A DNA stretch of 64,000 bases from Promethearchaeota archaeon (GTDB lineage Archaea > Asgardarchaeota > Lokiarchaeia > Sigyniarchaeales > SOKP01): NCBI GenBank assembly GCA_048938855.1, contig JBHLLT010000002.1, positions 320,001 to 384,000 of the forward strand, read 5' to 3'. Position numbers and translations under genes: made by a program. Under the pieces are notes generated by a model that did not search any database, was not told the origin of the DNA, and worked only from the letters and a program-made list of their open reading frames with translations. The first letter of the stretch is position 1. Every line of letters begins with the position of its first letter. This document shows positions 49,701 through 58,825 of this stretch, piece by piece.

Positions 49701-52058
49701 ACGTATTGACTTATAAATTTCAATAACTTCAGCATATGGAGTATTTTCAAGGATTTTACCTTCTTTAAAAGCCTTCCTTTTTTCTATTTCATAGTCTCGT
49801 ACCATTTTTTCTGCAATATTTACATTTTCGGAAATAGATTTTTCAAAATCTTCTTCTTCTTTTTTTCTTTCAATAGCTTTTAATCTTTTTTTATCTACTC
49901 CAATTTCTTGACCTATTTTATGCAGTTCTTCAAGATCTTTTTCTCTTTGAGCTTTTTTAGCCTCTACCTCTCGTAATTTGTTATCTTGTTCTAATTTTTG
50001 AGAATAATAATTTATTTGACTATTATATACTTCTACTTCTTCTCCCCTTCCTTTTTCCAGCAACATACGTTTAATTCTTTCATAAATTCCGATAATCTTT
50101 AAAAAGGGTGGATTTTTTGCTAATGTTCCTTTTTTAATGGCTTTTTTCATATTGGATTCATATTCTCTTGCCATTAATTCAGCTCGATTTATCATTACCT
50201 CAAGAACGCTGTCAAAATCTTCTTTCTCCTTTTCCTTTATTTTTTCTTCTTCTAAAATTTTTAATTTTTCAATATCAAGTCCTACAGTTGGTTTTTCTTT
50301 AACTTTAAGTGATTCTTCAATCTCTTCCTCCTTTTTCGCCTTATCAGCTTCGATCTGACGTAAGTGATTATCCTTTTCTAACTTTTGGTTATAAGTATAT
50401 ATCTGACTTGAAAATATTTTGACATCTGTTTCCCAACCTCTTTCTAAGGCTATTTGTTTAGCCTCTTTGAAAATTTTGATAATCTCAGAATAGGGGCATT
50501 TTAATTCGAATTTCCCTTGTCTTAATGCAACTTCATATTCTCTTGCTAAACGTTCAGCTCTTTTTGTTTTCTCTTCAAGTTGACTTCGAATATTTTGAAT
50601 CTCAAGTTGTTTTTGACGCTGCTCTTCCAATAATGCTTTCTGTTTTTCATCCAATTTCTCTTCTACTGGTACTTCCTTAACTTTTAATAATTCTTCTGCT
50701 TCTTTCTGTTTTTTCTTTTTATCAGCTTCAATTTGTCTTATCTTTTGGTCTTTCTCAAATTTTTGGATGTATACATTTATCGTGTCATCATAAATAGCAG
50801 CTTCATTATACCAACCCTTATCAATAAGTAAATCCTTAATTTTTTGATAAATTTCAATTACTTTAGGGTAAATACACTCTTCTACCACACTTCCCTCTTT
50901 TATTGCTTTTTGCATCGCTAATTCATATTCTCTACCCATTCTCACGGCTTCTGTTGCCATATTATCAATTTGGGCTTTAAAAAAATCCTGTTCCATTTTT
51001 TGAAACTCAATTCCTCTTAACCTTTCCATTTGTGCGAGTCTCTCTTGGTCACTTATCTCTTTAACATGCTCTTCAATAACTTTTTCCTTATGGATTTCAG
51101 TTTCAATTTTTTGTTTAATTTCTAATCTTTCTTTTTCTAATCCTTTAAAATGTTTAATTTTCTCGTTCTCTAAAAGTGCGATTGTTTCTAGAATTCTTTG
51201 AACTTCATATTTCCAGTTTAGTTCTTCAAATAAACTTACACCTTCTCTATATAATTCAATAGCCTGATCATATTCATTTATTTTAGCATATTCTACAGCT
51301 TGATCTAATATCTCATACGCTTTAGAAGATACTTCTTCCTCTCTTTTTTTAGTCTCAAGAAATTGGGTTAATTTTTCTTCTTTTTCTTGTATCTTCTTTG
51401 GAGGTTCTTTTAATTCTATGGATTCTTCTGACTCTTCTTTCTTAATAACTCGTAAAAATTCTGCTTTTTTATTATAACATTCTTCAATCAGTACATAAAG
51501 TCTTTTTATTTCATCAGATTTGCCAAGATTTTCTAAAAATTTTTCAGCTTCATCATATTTATCAAGGGCCTCTTCAAATTTATTGCTATTACTTAACTCA
51601 TGAGCCTGTACTATCAATTGGTTTGCTTTACTAATTAAATCTTCTTCTATTTTTATGTCTTCAATCACTTCAGGTTCTTTAGTAATTTGAACCTCCTCAG
51701 TTGTTTCCAGATTGTCAACTAACTCAACTTTCTCTTCTGGTTTTGTTTCGATTTGTCTAAATGCTTCTTCTTTTAGCAGATATACTTCTGAAATCTTATC
51801 ATTAATAGCTTTAATTTCTTCTGTTCTATTAATTTGAGTATACAACCCAATTGCTTGACGTAAGATTTCAATACTATCATCATAATACTGTGATTGTATT
51901 AGATTAATAGCATGTTCTACCAATTCATAAGCTTCGGAGGCAATTTCTTCCTCCATTTCCATTAAATCAGAAAAAAAAGCATCTTTTGTTAAATCCAATT
52001 CATCATCGTCGAATTCCTGGTCAAAATCTTCTTCTCTTTTCTCTTCCATAAACTTCAT
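46782..52058 (-). CDS. giant (1758 aa) helical-repeat/coiled-coil protein with MIT/TPR-like units
   Basis: About 15 helical units separated by E/K-rich coiled coils. Confidence 0.85.
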   Translation of the reverse strand: MKFMEEKREEDFDQEFDDDELDLTKDAFFSDLMEMEEEIASEAYELVEHAINLIQSQYYDDSIEILRQAIGLYTQINRTEEIKAINDKISEVYLLKEEAFRQIETKPEEKVELVDNLETTEEVQITKEPEVIEDIKIEEDLISKANQLIVQAHELSNSNKFEEALDKYDEAEKFLENLGKSDEIKRLYVLIEECYNKKAEFLRVIKKEESEESIELKEPPKKIQEKEEKLTQFLETKKREEEVSSKAYEILDQAVEYAKINEYDQAIELYREGVSLFEELNWKYEVQRILETIALLENEKIKHFKGLEKERLEIKQKIETEIHKEKVIEEHVKEISDQERLAQMERLRGIEFQKMEQDFFKAQIDNMATEAVRMGREYELAMQKAIKEGSVVEECIYPKVIEIYQKIKDLLIDKGWYNEAAIYDDTINVYIQKFEKDQKIRQIEADKKKKQKEAEELLKVKEVPVEEKLDEKQKALLEEQRQKQLEIQNIRSQLEEKTKRAERLAREYEVALRQGKFELKCPYSEIIKIFKEAKQIALERGWETDVKIFSSQIYTYNQKLEKDNHLRQIEADKAKKEEEIEESLKVKEKPTVGLDIEKLKILEEEKIKEKEKEDFDSVLEVMINRAELMAREYESNMKKAIKKGTLAKNPPFLKIIGIYERIKRMLLEKGRGEEVEVYNSQINYYSQKLEQDNKLREVEAKKAQREKDLEELHKIGQEIGVDKKRLKAIERKKEEEDFEKSISENVNIAEKMVRDYEIEKRKAFKEGKILENTPYAEVIEIYKSIREKVYARGWLKQAEIYSNQIKIYEEKLENHQKLLEVELEKAQREKALEDMHKVDQEMEIDKKRLKAIERKKEEEDFEKLISKNVNIAEKMVRDYEIEKRKAFKEGKILENTPYADVIEIYKSIRDKVYARGWIEQAKVFANQIKIYEEKSENHKKLLEVELQKAQREKAIEDMHKRDKIGEVDQQKLSSLQKKREEKEFESYITENLNKAEKLEREFDSAMKKAIKKGEVLENTPYSEIIEIYSELKDKLVERGWIDQSQIYANQVKIYQEKQDKHEKLLEVEAKKAQRDKEIEDLHKLGKKETIPARPEIVEELEKEEDILLDKAMNLINEAEKAVKSYELSIRKDILVYESPYSEAIANYELARDMFNKIGWKEEASRLIETIKFYREKKEKDDKLREIEKKKLEKPGIGLIGAGAEPDRDFLERKERLLEIEQKEKESDEITAKIFNMIQNAERMAQEYELKIKAGVFDYEAPYEKIIEIYRDARKSFEDIGWIEESAKLKNTINFYKEKATKDQRIRALEAEKVRKREEELLVQQRLLEQAKIEQEKLIKQRKESLDLKKERVAQFESQKDKAFRLMDQAKRELRQNHFDKAIEYYKESEIIFEEIEWEEGIKMVLDSISMIKSKKEAFEMEQKTLEQREIEKQLTEQKLEEKLAEAEILRKQQQDEKRKEFLKIQHAKEQEHQISENAYKFLEEGTLLMDKGKFTEAYEKFVEARDLFQQISWQREVSRINNDLLFKLKREQKKVQILEDIRAKKIEEEKQLMLIKEEAKRQREEEAKRKKEEKRRFVQEEVLRKISAKLDKASKLIENFRYNEGILMMIEEIQRLSNLGKEEEIMKINEQVEDVKNQADIPIIILDVTDDVLQNKNFKEAYKALDNAQEAISENQIKRAISELNEANFQLNNLTIGTRYTIKINEIISNLREKLGLKPEKAKVGTPSEDTTAELRTRIAARREERRKKVLDLLKKRD
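49179..49916 (-). repeat. intragenic tandem duplication, 369-bp (123-aa) unit
   Basis: TCAATAGCTTTTAATC at 49501 and 49870; near-identical peptide KKRLKAIERKKEEEDFEK...ENTPYA occurs twice. Confidence 0.9.
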
Positions 52059-52171
52059 CTACCTTTAAGGAGAATTAAGAATGAATCTAAATTATAAATC
52101 TCTTTACAAATTCAAAATAATAATTTAGTGTTAATTAAAAAATCATTACTCAAAAATAAATATTTAATTAA

Positions 52172-52567
52172 TTATATCTCGAACTTTCCTAAATTTCTGT
52201 TAAGAAAATCATCGCAAATTTTACCTCCCTCATTTGTTAAACTCCATCCACTAGTATCTCTTTTTACAAGATTTAATTTTTCAACACTAGCTAAAACCGA
52301 ATGAACTTCATCCTCAGTTTTACGAACACCAAAATCTACTCTCAAACTAAAAACAATTTCATCAATTGGGACAGATCCTCCTAACTCATCTTCCATTACC
52401 CCTAAAGCTGCAATAATTCGATTTTGTTCTGCCATCCCTGCATCCAGCGAATGCGAAACTTCATCAAGTAGCCATGGATTCTTTTCTAACATCTTTTTAA
52501 TTCCCTTTTCATCACCTTTCTCAAATAAAATGTCAAATTCTTCACGGATCTTTTTCTTCTTAGCCAT
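52172..52567 (-). CDS. winged-helix protein
   Basis: VPIDEIVFSL...EVHSVLASVEKLNLVKR...WSLTNEG. Confidence 0.7.
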   Translation of the reverse strand: MAKKKKIREEFDILFEKGDEKGIKKMLEKNPWLLDEVSHSLDAGMAEQNRIIAALGVMEDELGGSVPIDEIVFSLRVDFGVRKTEDEVHSVLASVEKLNLVKRDTSGWSLTNEGGKICDDFLNRNLGKFEI

Positions 52568-52676
52568 AAAAATAGCCTATCTATCTGTTTAATTAGAAAA
52601 ATTCTAGATAATTTATTATTATCTATAATATAAATTTAGATAATAAAATCTTTTATGATGCTATTTAAAATAAGAT

Positions 52677-53396
52677 TTATGTTAGTTTTGTTAAAAATTC
52701 TCCGACTTCTTGAGCATTACACATATGGAACTTTTTATCCTCGCCCTTAATATATGCTACTCTTATATTTTCTTTTGTTGCCTCCTCATCAATTGATTCC
52801 TTAAGAGCTTTTAAAGTAAAATTCACGAGCTCATCAAAAGTCATGTTTTCATTATAATTTTCGAGTAAATATTCTCTAGCAGTCGCTTCTCCTGTTCCAA
52901 TTGCATAGGCTTTGAATGAACGGTAAATTCCACTTGGAGATGTTGTGTAAATTTGTGTTCCACTAGCATCAATTGCTACAAAGAAAAGCGCACATCCCCA
53001 CGGTCTTACACCCCCAAATTGCGTATATTGCTGCTTTAAGTCGGCAACTGCCTTAGCTAGCATATTTAAGCGAACTGGCTCATCATATGTCAATCTAAAT
53101 GATTGAGCTTGAACTCTTGCATAATTGATCAACGCTCTCGAATCTGCATGCAGTCCTGAAATAGCAACTCCAATATGTTCATCCACTTGGAATAATTTAT
53201 CTATTGAATCCGCATCCATTAATGGGGAAGCAATCTTGATTTGTGCTGCTAAACACACATCTTCTTTTGATTTAACTGCTACAGCGAGTGTACCTCGTCT
53301 AACTGCTTCTAATGCATACTCTACCTGGAATAGACGCCCCTCAGGACTAAATACAGTTAAAGCACGATCATATGCCCTACCTGCTGCTCCAAACAT
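52677..53396 (-). CDS. psmA: 20S proteasome alpha subunit
   Basis: YDRALTVFSPEGRLFQVEYA, SGLHAD, QYTQFGGVRPWG, PSGIY. Confidence 0.97.
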   Translation of the reverse strand: MFGAAGRAYDRALTVFSPEGRLFQVEYALEAVRRGTLAVAVKSKEDVCLAAQIKIASPLMDADSIDKLFQVDEHIGVAISGLHADSRALINYARVQAQSFRLTYDEPVRLNMLAKAVADLKQQYTQFGGVRPWGCALFFVAIDASGTQIYTTSPSGIYRSFKAYAIGTGEATAREYLLENYNENMTFDELVNFTLKALKESIDEEATKENIRVAYIKGEDKKFHMCNAQEVGEFLTKLT

Positions 53397-53478
53397 TTAA
53401 TTTACCTATTATTATTTGATTTTATTCTAATAAAATATACAACAAAATTTTAATTTATGGTTTATAACAAATAAAAAG

Positions 53479-54033
53479 CTATATCTTTTTAGTCTTTTCT
53501 AAAATAGCTTTAGTCAAATCTTTAAAAACAGGTTCAACAAGCACATCTTCTTTAGCACTTGTTTCAAGATAGGCTATTGCGTTTAGTTCTTCCTTTAAAG
53601 CTTCTCCTTCACTTGTTCCAACTTCTCTTTGTCCCTTTTCTGCCAAATCGATCTTATTACCAACTAAGATGGACGGTTTACCATCACCAATTACTCTTTC
53701 CACCTCATTCTTCCAATTTAAAATATTTTGAAAGGAACTTCTTCGCGTTAGATCAAATGTATATACTGTTGCGCTACTTCCCCGATAAAAAGGTGGACGT
53801 ACGAAACTAAAATGTTTCTGACCTGCTAAATCCCAAAGCTGAAGTTTAACCAAATAATTTGGATACTCGTCTAGGTCAACTTTTTTAGTAGAAAAGTTGG
53901 ATCCAATCGTCATGATGTAATTTTCTTTAAACGTGTTCTCACAATAGCGGAGAACCATAGACGTCTTTCCCACACCACCGTCACCTACAACGCATATCTT
54001 ATAGATAAATGACTTGATTGCTCCATCCGTAAT
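53479..54033 (-). CDS. Rab-like small GTPase, apparent ATT start
   Basis: G1 KICVVGDGGVGKT extends upstream of the ORF-track GTG; TIG, WDLAGQ, NKID, ETSAK present. In-frame TGA at 54045-54043; GGTGA SD followed 9 nt later by ATT (54033). Confidence 0.9.
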   Translation of the reverse strand: MTDGAIKSFIYKICVVGDGGVGKTSMVLRYCENTFKENYIMTIGSNFSTKKVDLDEYPNYLVKLQLWDLAGQKHFSFVRPPFYRGSSATVYTFDLTRRSSFQNILNWKNEVERVIGDGKPSILVGNKIDLAEKGQREVGTSEGEALKEELNAIAYLETSAKEDVLVEPVFKDLTKAILEKTKKI

Positions 54034-54067
54034 TTTCCCGTCTCACCATTCTGGCTAAATTATTAAA

Positions 54068-54138
54068 CTCAATATCAACAATCATTCAAGCTTTCCATTT
54101 TTTTATCGATAAAAAATATTGAAAGTTGCATTATTGAG
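54068..54138 (-). promoter_or_regulatory. long hairpin/palindrome in the GTPase leader
   Basis: CTCAATA/TATTGAG, CTTTC/GAAAG and perfect TTTTTTATCGATAAAAAA (54099-54116), nested around roughly the same centre. Confidence 0.55.
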
Positions 54139-54266
54139 AATTATTTATAATATTATATTATATTGCATACATAAAAATAATCGTTAATATTTGTTTTTTT
54201 TTTGAATCAGAATTTTGGGATAATATACTTATATTTTGATATAGATCAAGGTTAAAAAAAATTGAC

Positions 54267-55112
54267 TTATTTACCTATAAAAACGGGATCTCTTTTATCC
54301 TTCAGAGCTTTTAAGGATTCTCCAAAATCTATACTTCGAATCGCTTTAGTCCACACTTTATTTTCCATGTCTAATTGAGTCTCTATAATATTCCTAAAAT
54401 ATGTATGCATAGTTGTTTTAATTAATTTAATAGAAAGGGATGGTCCTTTTGGAGGAATTAACCTTAAAGCTTGCTTTCTTGAAAAAGACATTAATTCTTC
54501 TTTAGGTAATACTTTATTAATCAGCCCTAATCTTTCTGCGTCTTGAGCAGTCATCCGATCGCCAAGATAAAATAGTTCTTTTGCCCTATTTAAACCTATC
54601 ATTAATGGAAAAAGAACTGTAGTTGCAAAGTCAGGTATAACTGCTCTCTTTATAAAAAATAATGCCCACCATGCGTCTTCAGCCATGTAGATTAAATCTG
54701 AACAAATTACAGGAAGTGTAAATCCTCCTCCTACGGCGAAACCATTAATTACTGATATGACTGGTTTTGAAAAATCCCAAAACTTAAGGCATAATATCTT
54801 TGATGCCATGTCTCTTAAATTGATTTCCTTTCTATAGTTTTCAGGTATATCATTCAATACATCATCTGAAAAATATCCTCCTGAAGAGAAAGCTCCCGCT
54901 TCTTCACACCCCGTTAATATCATTACTTTAACTTCTTCATCCTTTTCAGCATGGTCTACAGCATACCAAAGTTCTAAAAGCCCCAATGGAGAAAGAGCAT
55001 TTTTTTTAGAAGGCCAATTTAAAGTAACAGTTAGAATTCCATTTTCTTCCTTTTCATATTTAATCTGTTTAAAATCTTCGACTAGCATAAATACAATAAA
55101 ATCATAAAACAA
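54267..55112 (-). CDS. enoyl-CoA hydratase/isomerase family
   Basis: LNWPSKKNAL, FSSGG, KPVISVINGFAVGGG, KRDPVFIGK. Confidence 0.9.
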   Translation of the reverse strand: MFYDFIVFMLVEDFKQIKYEKEENGILTVTLNWPSKKNALSPLGLLELWYAVDHAEKDEEVKVMILTGCEEAGAFSSGGYFSDDVLNDIPENYRKEINLRDMASKILCLKFWDFSKPVISVINGFAVGGGFTLPVICSDLIYMAEDAWWALFFIKRAVIPDFATTVLFPLMIGLNRAKELFYLGDRMTAQDAERLGLINKVLPKEELMSFSRKQALRLIPPKGPSLSIKLIKTTMHTYFRNIIETQLDMENKVWTKAIRSIDFGESLKALKDKRDPVFIGK

Positions 55113-55179
55113 TAAAATATTTTATAAGGTTATGTTGCGATAAAGAATTTTTAATTTATAGTATCAGTGCTATTAGAAA

Positions 55180-55956
55180 ATGAGTTCTATAGAAGATAAG
55201 ATTAGAAAATTAGCAAAATTAATTCTAAATTCTAATAATATCATTGCATTAACAGGCGCAGGGATGTCAACTGAAAGTGGAATTGCGGATTTTAGGACAC
55301 CAGGTGAAGGGCTATGGGAAAAAGTTGATCCATATGAGTTCGCATCGATTCATTCTTATATAGCTAACACGAGTAAGAATTTAGAATTTATGTTGGAAAC
55401 TGGAAGAAATATTTTTAGAGCACGCCCAAATAAAGGTCATAAAGCTCTAACCAGACTTCAAAAGCTTGGAAAGCTAAAAGGAGTATTAACTCAAAATATA
55501 GATAGACTGCATCAGAAAGCCAGAACTAAGAATATTGTTGAATTTCATGGAAATGCTTATGAAGCAAAGTGTATGACCTGTGGGCAAGTTTATGAAATAA
55601 CAGTTATGGTTAATCAAGTAATGAGAGGGAAAACCTCTCCATCTTGTGATAAATGCAGAGGTTTGCTTAAACCAAACGCAATATTTTTTGGGGAATCACT
55701 TGAGTCTCAAACGCTTGAAGCTGCAGATAAAATGCTTGAAGCATGCGATTTACTTCTAGTTTTAGGGTCATCTCTTGTAGTCTATCCGGTAGCGTGGTAT
55801 CCTTCTCGAGTTCTATCTACTGGAGCTAAACTGGCTATCATAAATATTCAAGAGACTGATATGGACTCAGCTGCTGAGGTTGTAATTCATGAAAAAATAG
55901 GAGACGTGCTTCCAGAAGTAGTTTCCATTGTTGAAAACAAAATGAAAATAAACTAA
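55180..55956 (+). CDS. cobB: NAD-dependent protein deacylase (sirtuin)
   Basis: TGAGMSTESGIADFR, TQNIDRLH, EFHG, two CxxC, GSSLVVYP. Confidence 0.95.
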   Translation: MSSIEDKIRKLAKLILNSNNIIALTGAGMSTESGIADFRTPGEGLWEKVDPYEFASIHSYIANTSKNLEFMLETGRNIFRARPNKGHKALTRLQKLGKLKGVLTQNIDRLHQKARTKNIVEFHGNAYEAKCMTCGQVYEITVMVNQVMRGKTSPSCDKCRGLLKPNAIFFGESLESQTLEAADKMLEACDLLLVLGSSLVVYPVAWYPSRVLSTGAKLAIINIQETDMDSAAEVVIHEKIGDVLPEVVSIVENKMKIN

Positions 55957-55966
55957 AACAACTATT

Positions 55967-56701
55967 TTATCGATTTTTTAAAGAAGTTTTATTATTTATT
56001 ACTGAAACGATTGCTATTATGAAAATTGTAAGTATTATTAATAATAAATTAAAATCCCCAATATCGTTATTTTGATTAGCTGTATATGATATAAATGTTA
56101 AAACTGATACTGATAAATTATTGTTTTTTACATCTTCTTTTATCAATAATCCTTGTTCATCATAAGTCAAAATAAGTTGATCATTACCGATGTCAATAGT
56201 GACTGTGTTATTCTCAACAGTTACGCTCCAATTTGTAGTCCCTTCAATAAAATCTTTTACAACATTTACATCTACGGGATCATTCGGAATAACATAATAT
56301 CCTCCATAACCATTTAATAACAGATTATCCATGGATTGATTATATCTAAAATACTGAAGAGTTTTATTATAAATTAAGCATGCTTGGTTTTGATATTTTT
56401 TTGAATCAACAATAGAAACTTGATATTTATTAGTAGTAGAATTATACTCACTAACAGTTATATTGGCTCCCAATGCTTCAATTGGCTCATAAATCTTTGA
56501 TAAATCCACAAATTCTACTTTGAGTCTTAATGTTCCCGGAGCCGTATAATTGTCAAAATCATATTCTATGAAACCTTCCTCGTCTACGGGGAGGCAAGAA
56601 TCCCCAAGTTGAAAATCAGCAAAAATAGAACTCACTATGCAAGAAAAAGTTAAAAAGAATATTACTATGTCCCCCAAAATATACTTTTTTAATTTCATCA
56701 A
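55967..56701 (-). CDS. secreted, C-terminally membrane-anchored protein
   Basis: N-terminal signal-like helix, several NxS/T sequons (NYT, NIT, NST, NKT, NQS, NWS), C-terminal TM and basic tail. Confidence 0.7.
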   Translation of the reverse strand: MMKLKKYILGDIVIFFLTFSCIVSSIFADFQLGDSCLPVDEEGFIEYDFDNYTAPGTLRLKVEFVDLSKIYEPIEALGANITVSEYNSTTNKYQVSIVDSKKYQNQACLIYNKTLQYFRYNQSMDNLLLNGYGGYYVIPNDPVDVNVVKDFIEGTTNWSVTVENNTVTIDIGNDQLILTYDEQGLLIKEDVKNNNLSVSVLTFISYTANQNNDIGDFNLLLIILTIFIIAIVSVINNKTSLKNR

Positions 56702-56807
56702 AATTTAATGGCCTACATTCATAAAAAAATTTTTCCTAATTAGGTTTCTAAGGGTTATATTCTCAAAAAGAAATAAGAAAAAAATTATTAATAATATATC
56801 TTCTAGA

Positions 56808-58523
56808 TTAGCCGGATCTTAGAACCTTCTTGTCAATTTTCCCAACAACGGTTAAAGGAAGCTCTTCTGAAAATTCTATTAATTTGGGAACTTCATATGG
56901 GGCTAAGTCATCTTTAGAGAAATTTATTATATCTTCTTTCAAAGCTTCTTTATTTCCATCGAATTCATAATCTGGGGAGATTTGGATGAATGCTTTTACA
57001 ATTTCAGACCCAGGTCTATCGGGGTTTGGGACTCCAATTAATGCGATCATACCAATTGCTGGATGTTTTGCAAGGGTATCTTCAACTTTTGCTGAAAAGA
57101 CTTTGAATCCTCCAACAATAATCATATCTTTGGTACGATCGACAATTCGAATGTAACCATCTTCATCCATAATTCCAACATCCCCGGTATGCATATAACC
57201 ATCTTTGTCTATGGCTTTTGCAGTTTCTTCTGGTTTATTATAGTATCCTTGCATAACTAATGGACCACTTACACAAAGCTCTCCAGGTTCTCCTAATGGG
57301 ACGATTTCATTCGTTTCAGGATTCACAATCTTTAAATCGACATTTAAAAAGGGTAAACCTACTGTACCTAGCTTTTTTGTACCTATAGAAGGGTTCATAC
57401 TCGCAACTGGTGAAAGTTCAGTCATTCCCCAAAGTTCCAGTAATTTTCCTTCACCAACTATGCTTTCTAAAGTTTCTTGAGACTCTTTTGGGAATGGAGC
57501 CGCTGCAGAGATGCACAATTTTAAATTTGAATGATCTAACCTTTTAAATTTGCGAAAATTGATCAAAATTTGATATAAGGAAGGTACATTTACTAGCATT
57601 GTTGGTCTATATTTTTTCATTTCATTACAAATATGCAATGCATCACGAGGATTAGCAATAATAATTTGACTCATCCCATTATAAAGAGCTCCTTGACATA
57701 CTGTTAAACCAGCAATATGAAACATTGGAAATCCTGATAATAATACTCCCTTTCCTCGTTCCCATTGGAGCCAAGTAATTATCCCCTTCATATTTGAAAC
57801 ATAATTCCTGTGACTTAACATTGCACCTTTTGGTGGCCCTGTAGTACCTCCAGTGTATTGGATCCAGCCTATATCATCGGGGCTTAAATCAACTTTAGGA
57901 AGATCGGCTGAAAAGTCCGTCAAAACATCATCTTGATAATTATAAACGATTTTCCCTTCCAAGGGAGTGATTTCACCTGAGGGAATTTCTGTTACAGCTT
58001 TAATTTTTGCTTGATCCTCCTTAGAAAATGAACCAATTACACTTGTTTCAACAACAACTTTAAGCTGTGGTAATTTATCAGCAATTTTTGTTAACCTATG
58101 TTGAAAAATAGCATCTAGAGTGACTAAAGCCACTTTTTTACCACCCTTTCCAAGATCATCCAATTGATAATGCAATTGAACATCAGACATTAAAGGGCTG
58201 ACTCCTGAAACAATACATCCTGCTTTAAGTGTGCCTAAAACAGAATATACGTATTCAGGAATATTTGCTAGATTAATACCAACTACATCACCTTTTTGAA
58301 ATCCATTTTCAATCAACATATTAGCAAATTGATTAGAATATTTATCTACTTCACTAAAACTGATCTCTAATCCTTGATACGCTAGTGCCATTTTATCAGA
58401 GAAATTTTCAAATGTGGGTCTTATCATTTCTGGATAAGTAGTTTCGAATTCTTGAGGGGCAATGTCTTCCATTCTAGGATCCCAGTTTTTCTTCCAAAAG
58501 CGACTTTCATATGGATTTGACAT
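56808..58523 (-). CDS. long-chain acyl-CoA ligase (AMP-binding)
   Basis: QYTGGTTGPPKG, PMFHIAG, WGMTE, HTGDVG, DRTKDMI, VGKIDKK; likely ATG at 58523. Confidence 0.93.
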   Translation of the reverse strand: MSNPYESRFWKKNWDPRMEDIAPQEFETTYPEMIRPTFENFSDKMALAYQGLEISFSEVDKYSNQFANMLIENGFQKGDVVGINLANIPEYVYSVLGTLKAGCIVSGVSPLMSDVQLHYQLDDLGKGGKKVALVTLDAIFQHRLTKIADKLPQLKVVVETSVIGSFSKEDQAKIKAVTEIPSGEITPLEGKIVYNYQDDVLTDFSADLPKVDLSPDDIGWIQYTGGTTGPPKGAMLSHRNYVSNMKGIITWLQWERGKGVLLSGFPMFHIAGLTVCQGALYNGMSQIIIANPRDALHICNEMKKYRPTMLVNVPSLYQILINFRKFKRLDHSNLKLCISAAAPFPKESQETLESIVGEGKLLELWGMTELSPVASMNPSIGTKKLGTVGLPFLNVDLKIVNPETNEIVPLGEPGELCVSGPLVMQGYYNKPEETAKAIDKDGYMHTGDVGIMDEDGYIRIVDRTKDMIIVGGFKVFSAKVEDTLAKHPAIGMIALIGVPNPDRPGSEIVKAFIQISPDYEFDGNKEALKEDIINFSKDDLAPYEVPKLIEFSEELPLTVVGKIDKKVLRSG

Positions 58524-58743
58524 TTTTTTATTCACATTTTTCTTCTTTTCAATACAATTTAAAATCGAATTGTGATATTTAATAAGCCATTTTTTATTAA
58601 AAAGGTTTATCAAAATTATATGTTCTTTAATAATTCAATAAGATTTTTCTTAGAATTGTATAATTTTTTTAAAAATTAAAAATTTGAAAAAAAGTATATA
58701 AAAAATATAGAATTCTCAAACTTTTTTTTTATTTTTACTTCCA

Positions 58744-58785
58744 ATCACCCCCCTCCGTCTTCATAGAACAATACTACTTTAAAAA
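58744..58785 (+). promoter_or_regulatory. putative promoter of the RadA-like gene (C-rich element, ATACTAC, TTTAAAAA)
   Basis: ATCACCCCCCTCCGTCT...ACAATACTACTTTAAAAA. Confidence 0.35.
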
Positions 58786-58825
58786 GAATGCTTCTTCTTA
58801 TAAAATGGAATAAAATTTCTTTCCA

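Noticed and set aside
49179-49916. CRISPR array or mobile repeat
   Set aside because: In-frame coding duplication with no spacer structure.
54037-54049. -1 frameshift at the G_GGA_AAA slippery heptamer to start the GTPase
   Set aside because: The frame needed for a -1 shift has an upstream TAA and no start codon.
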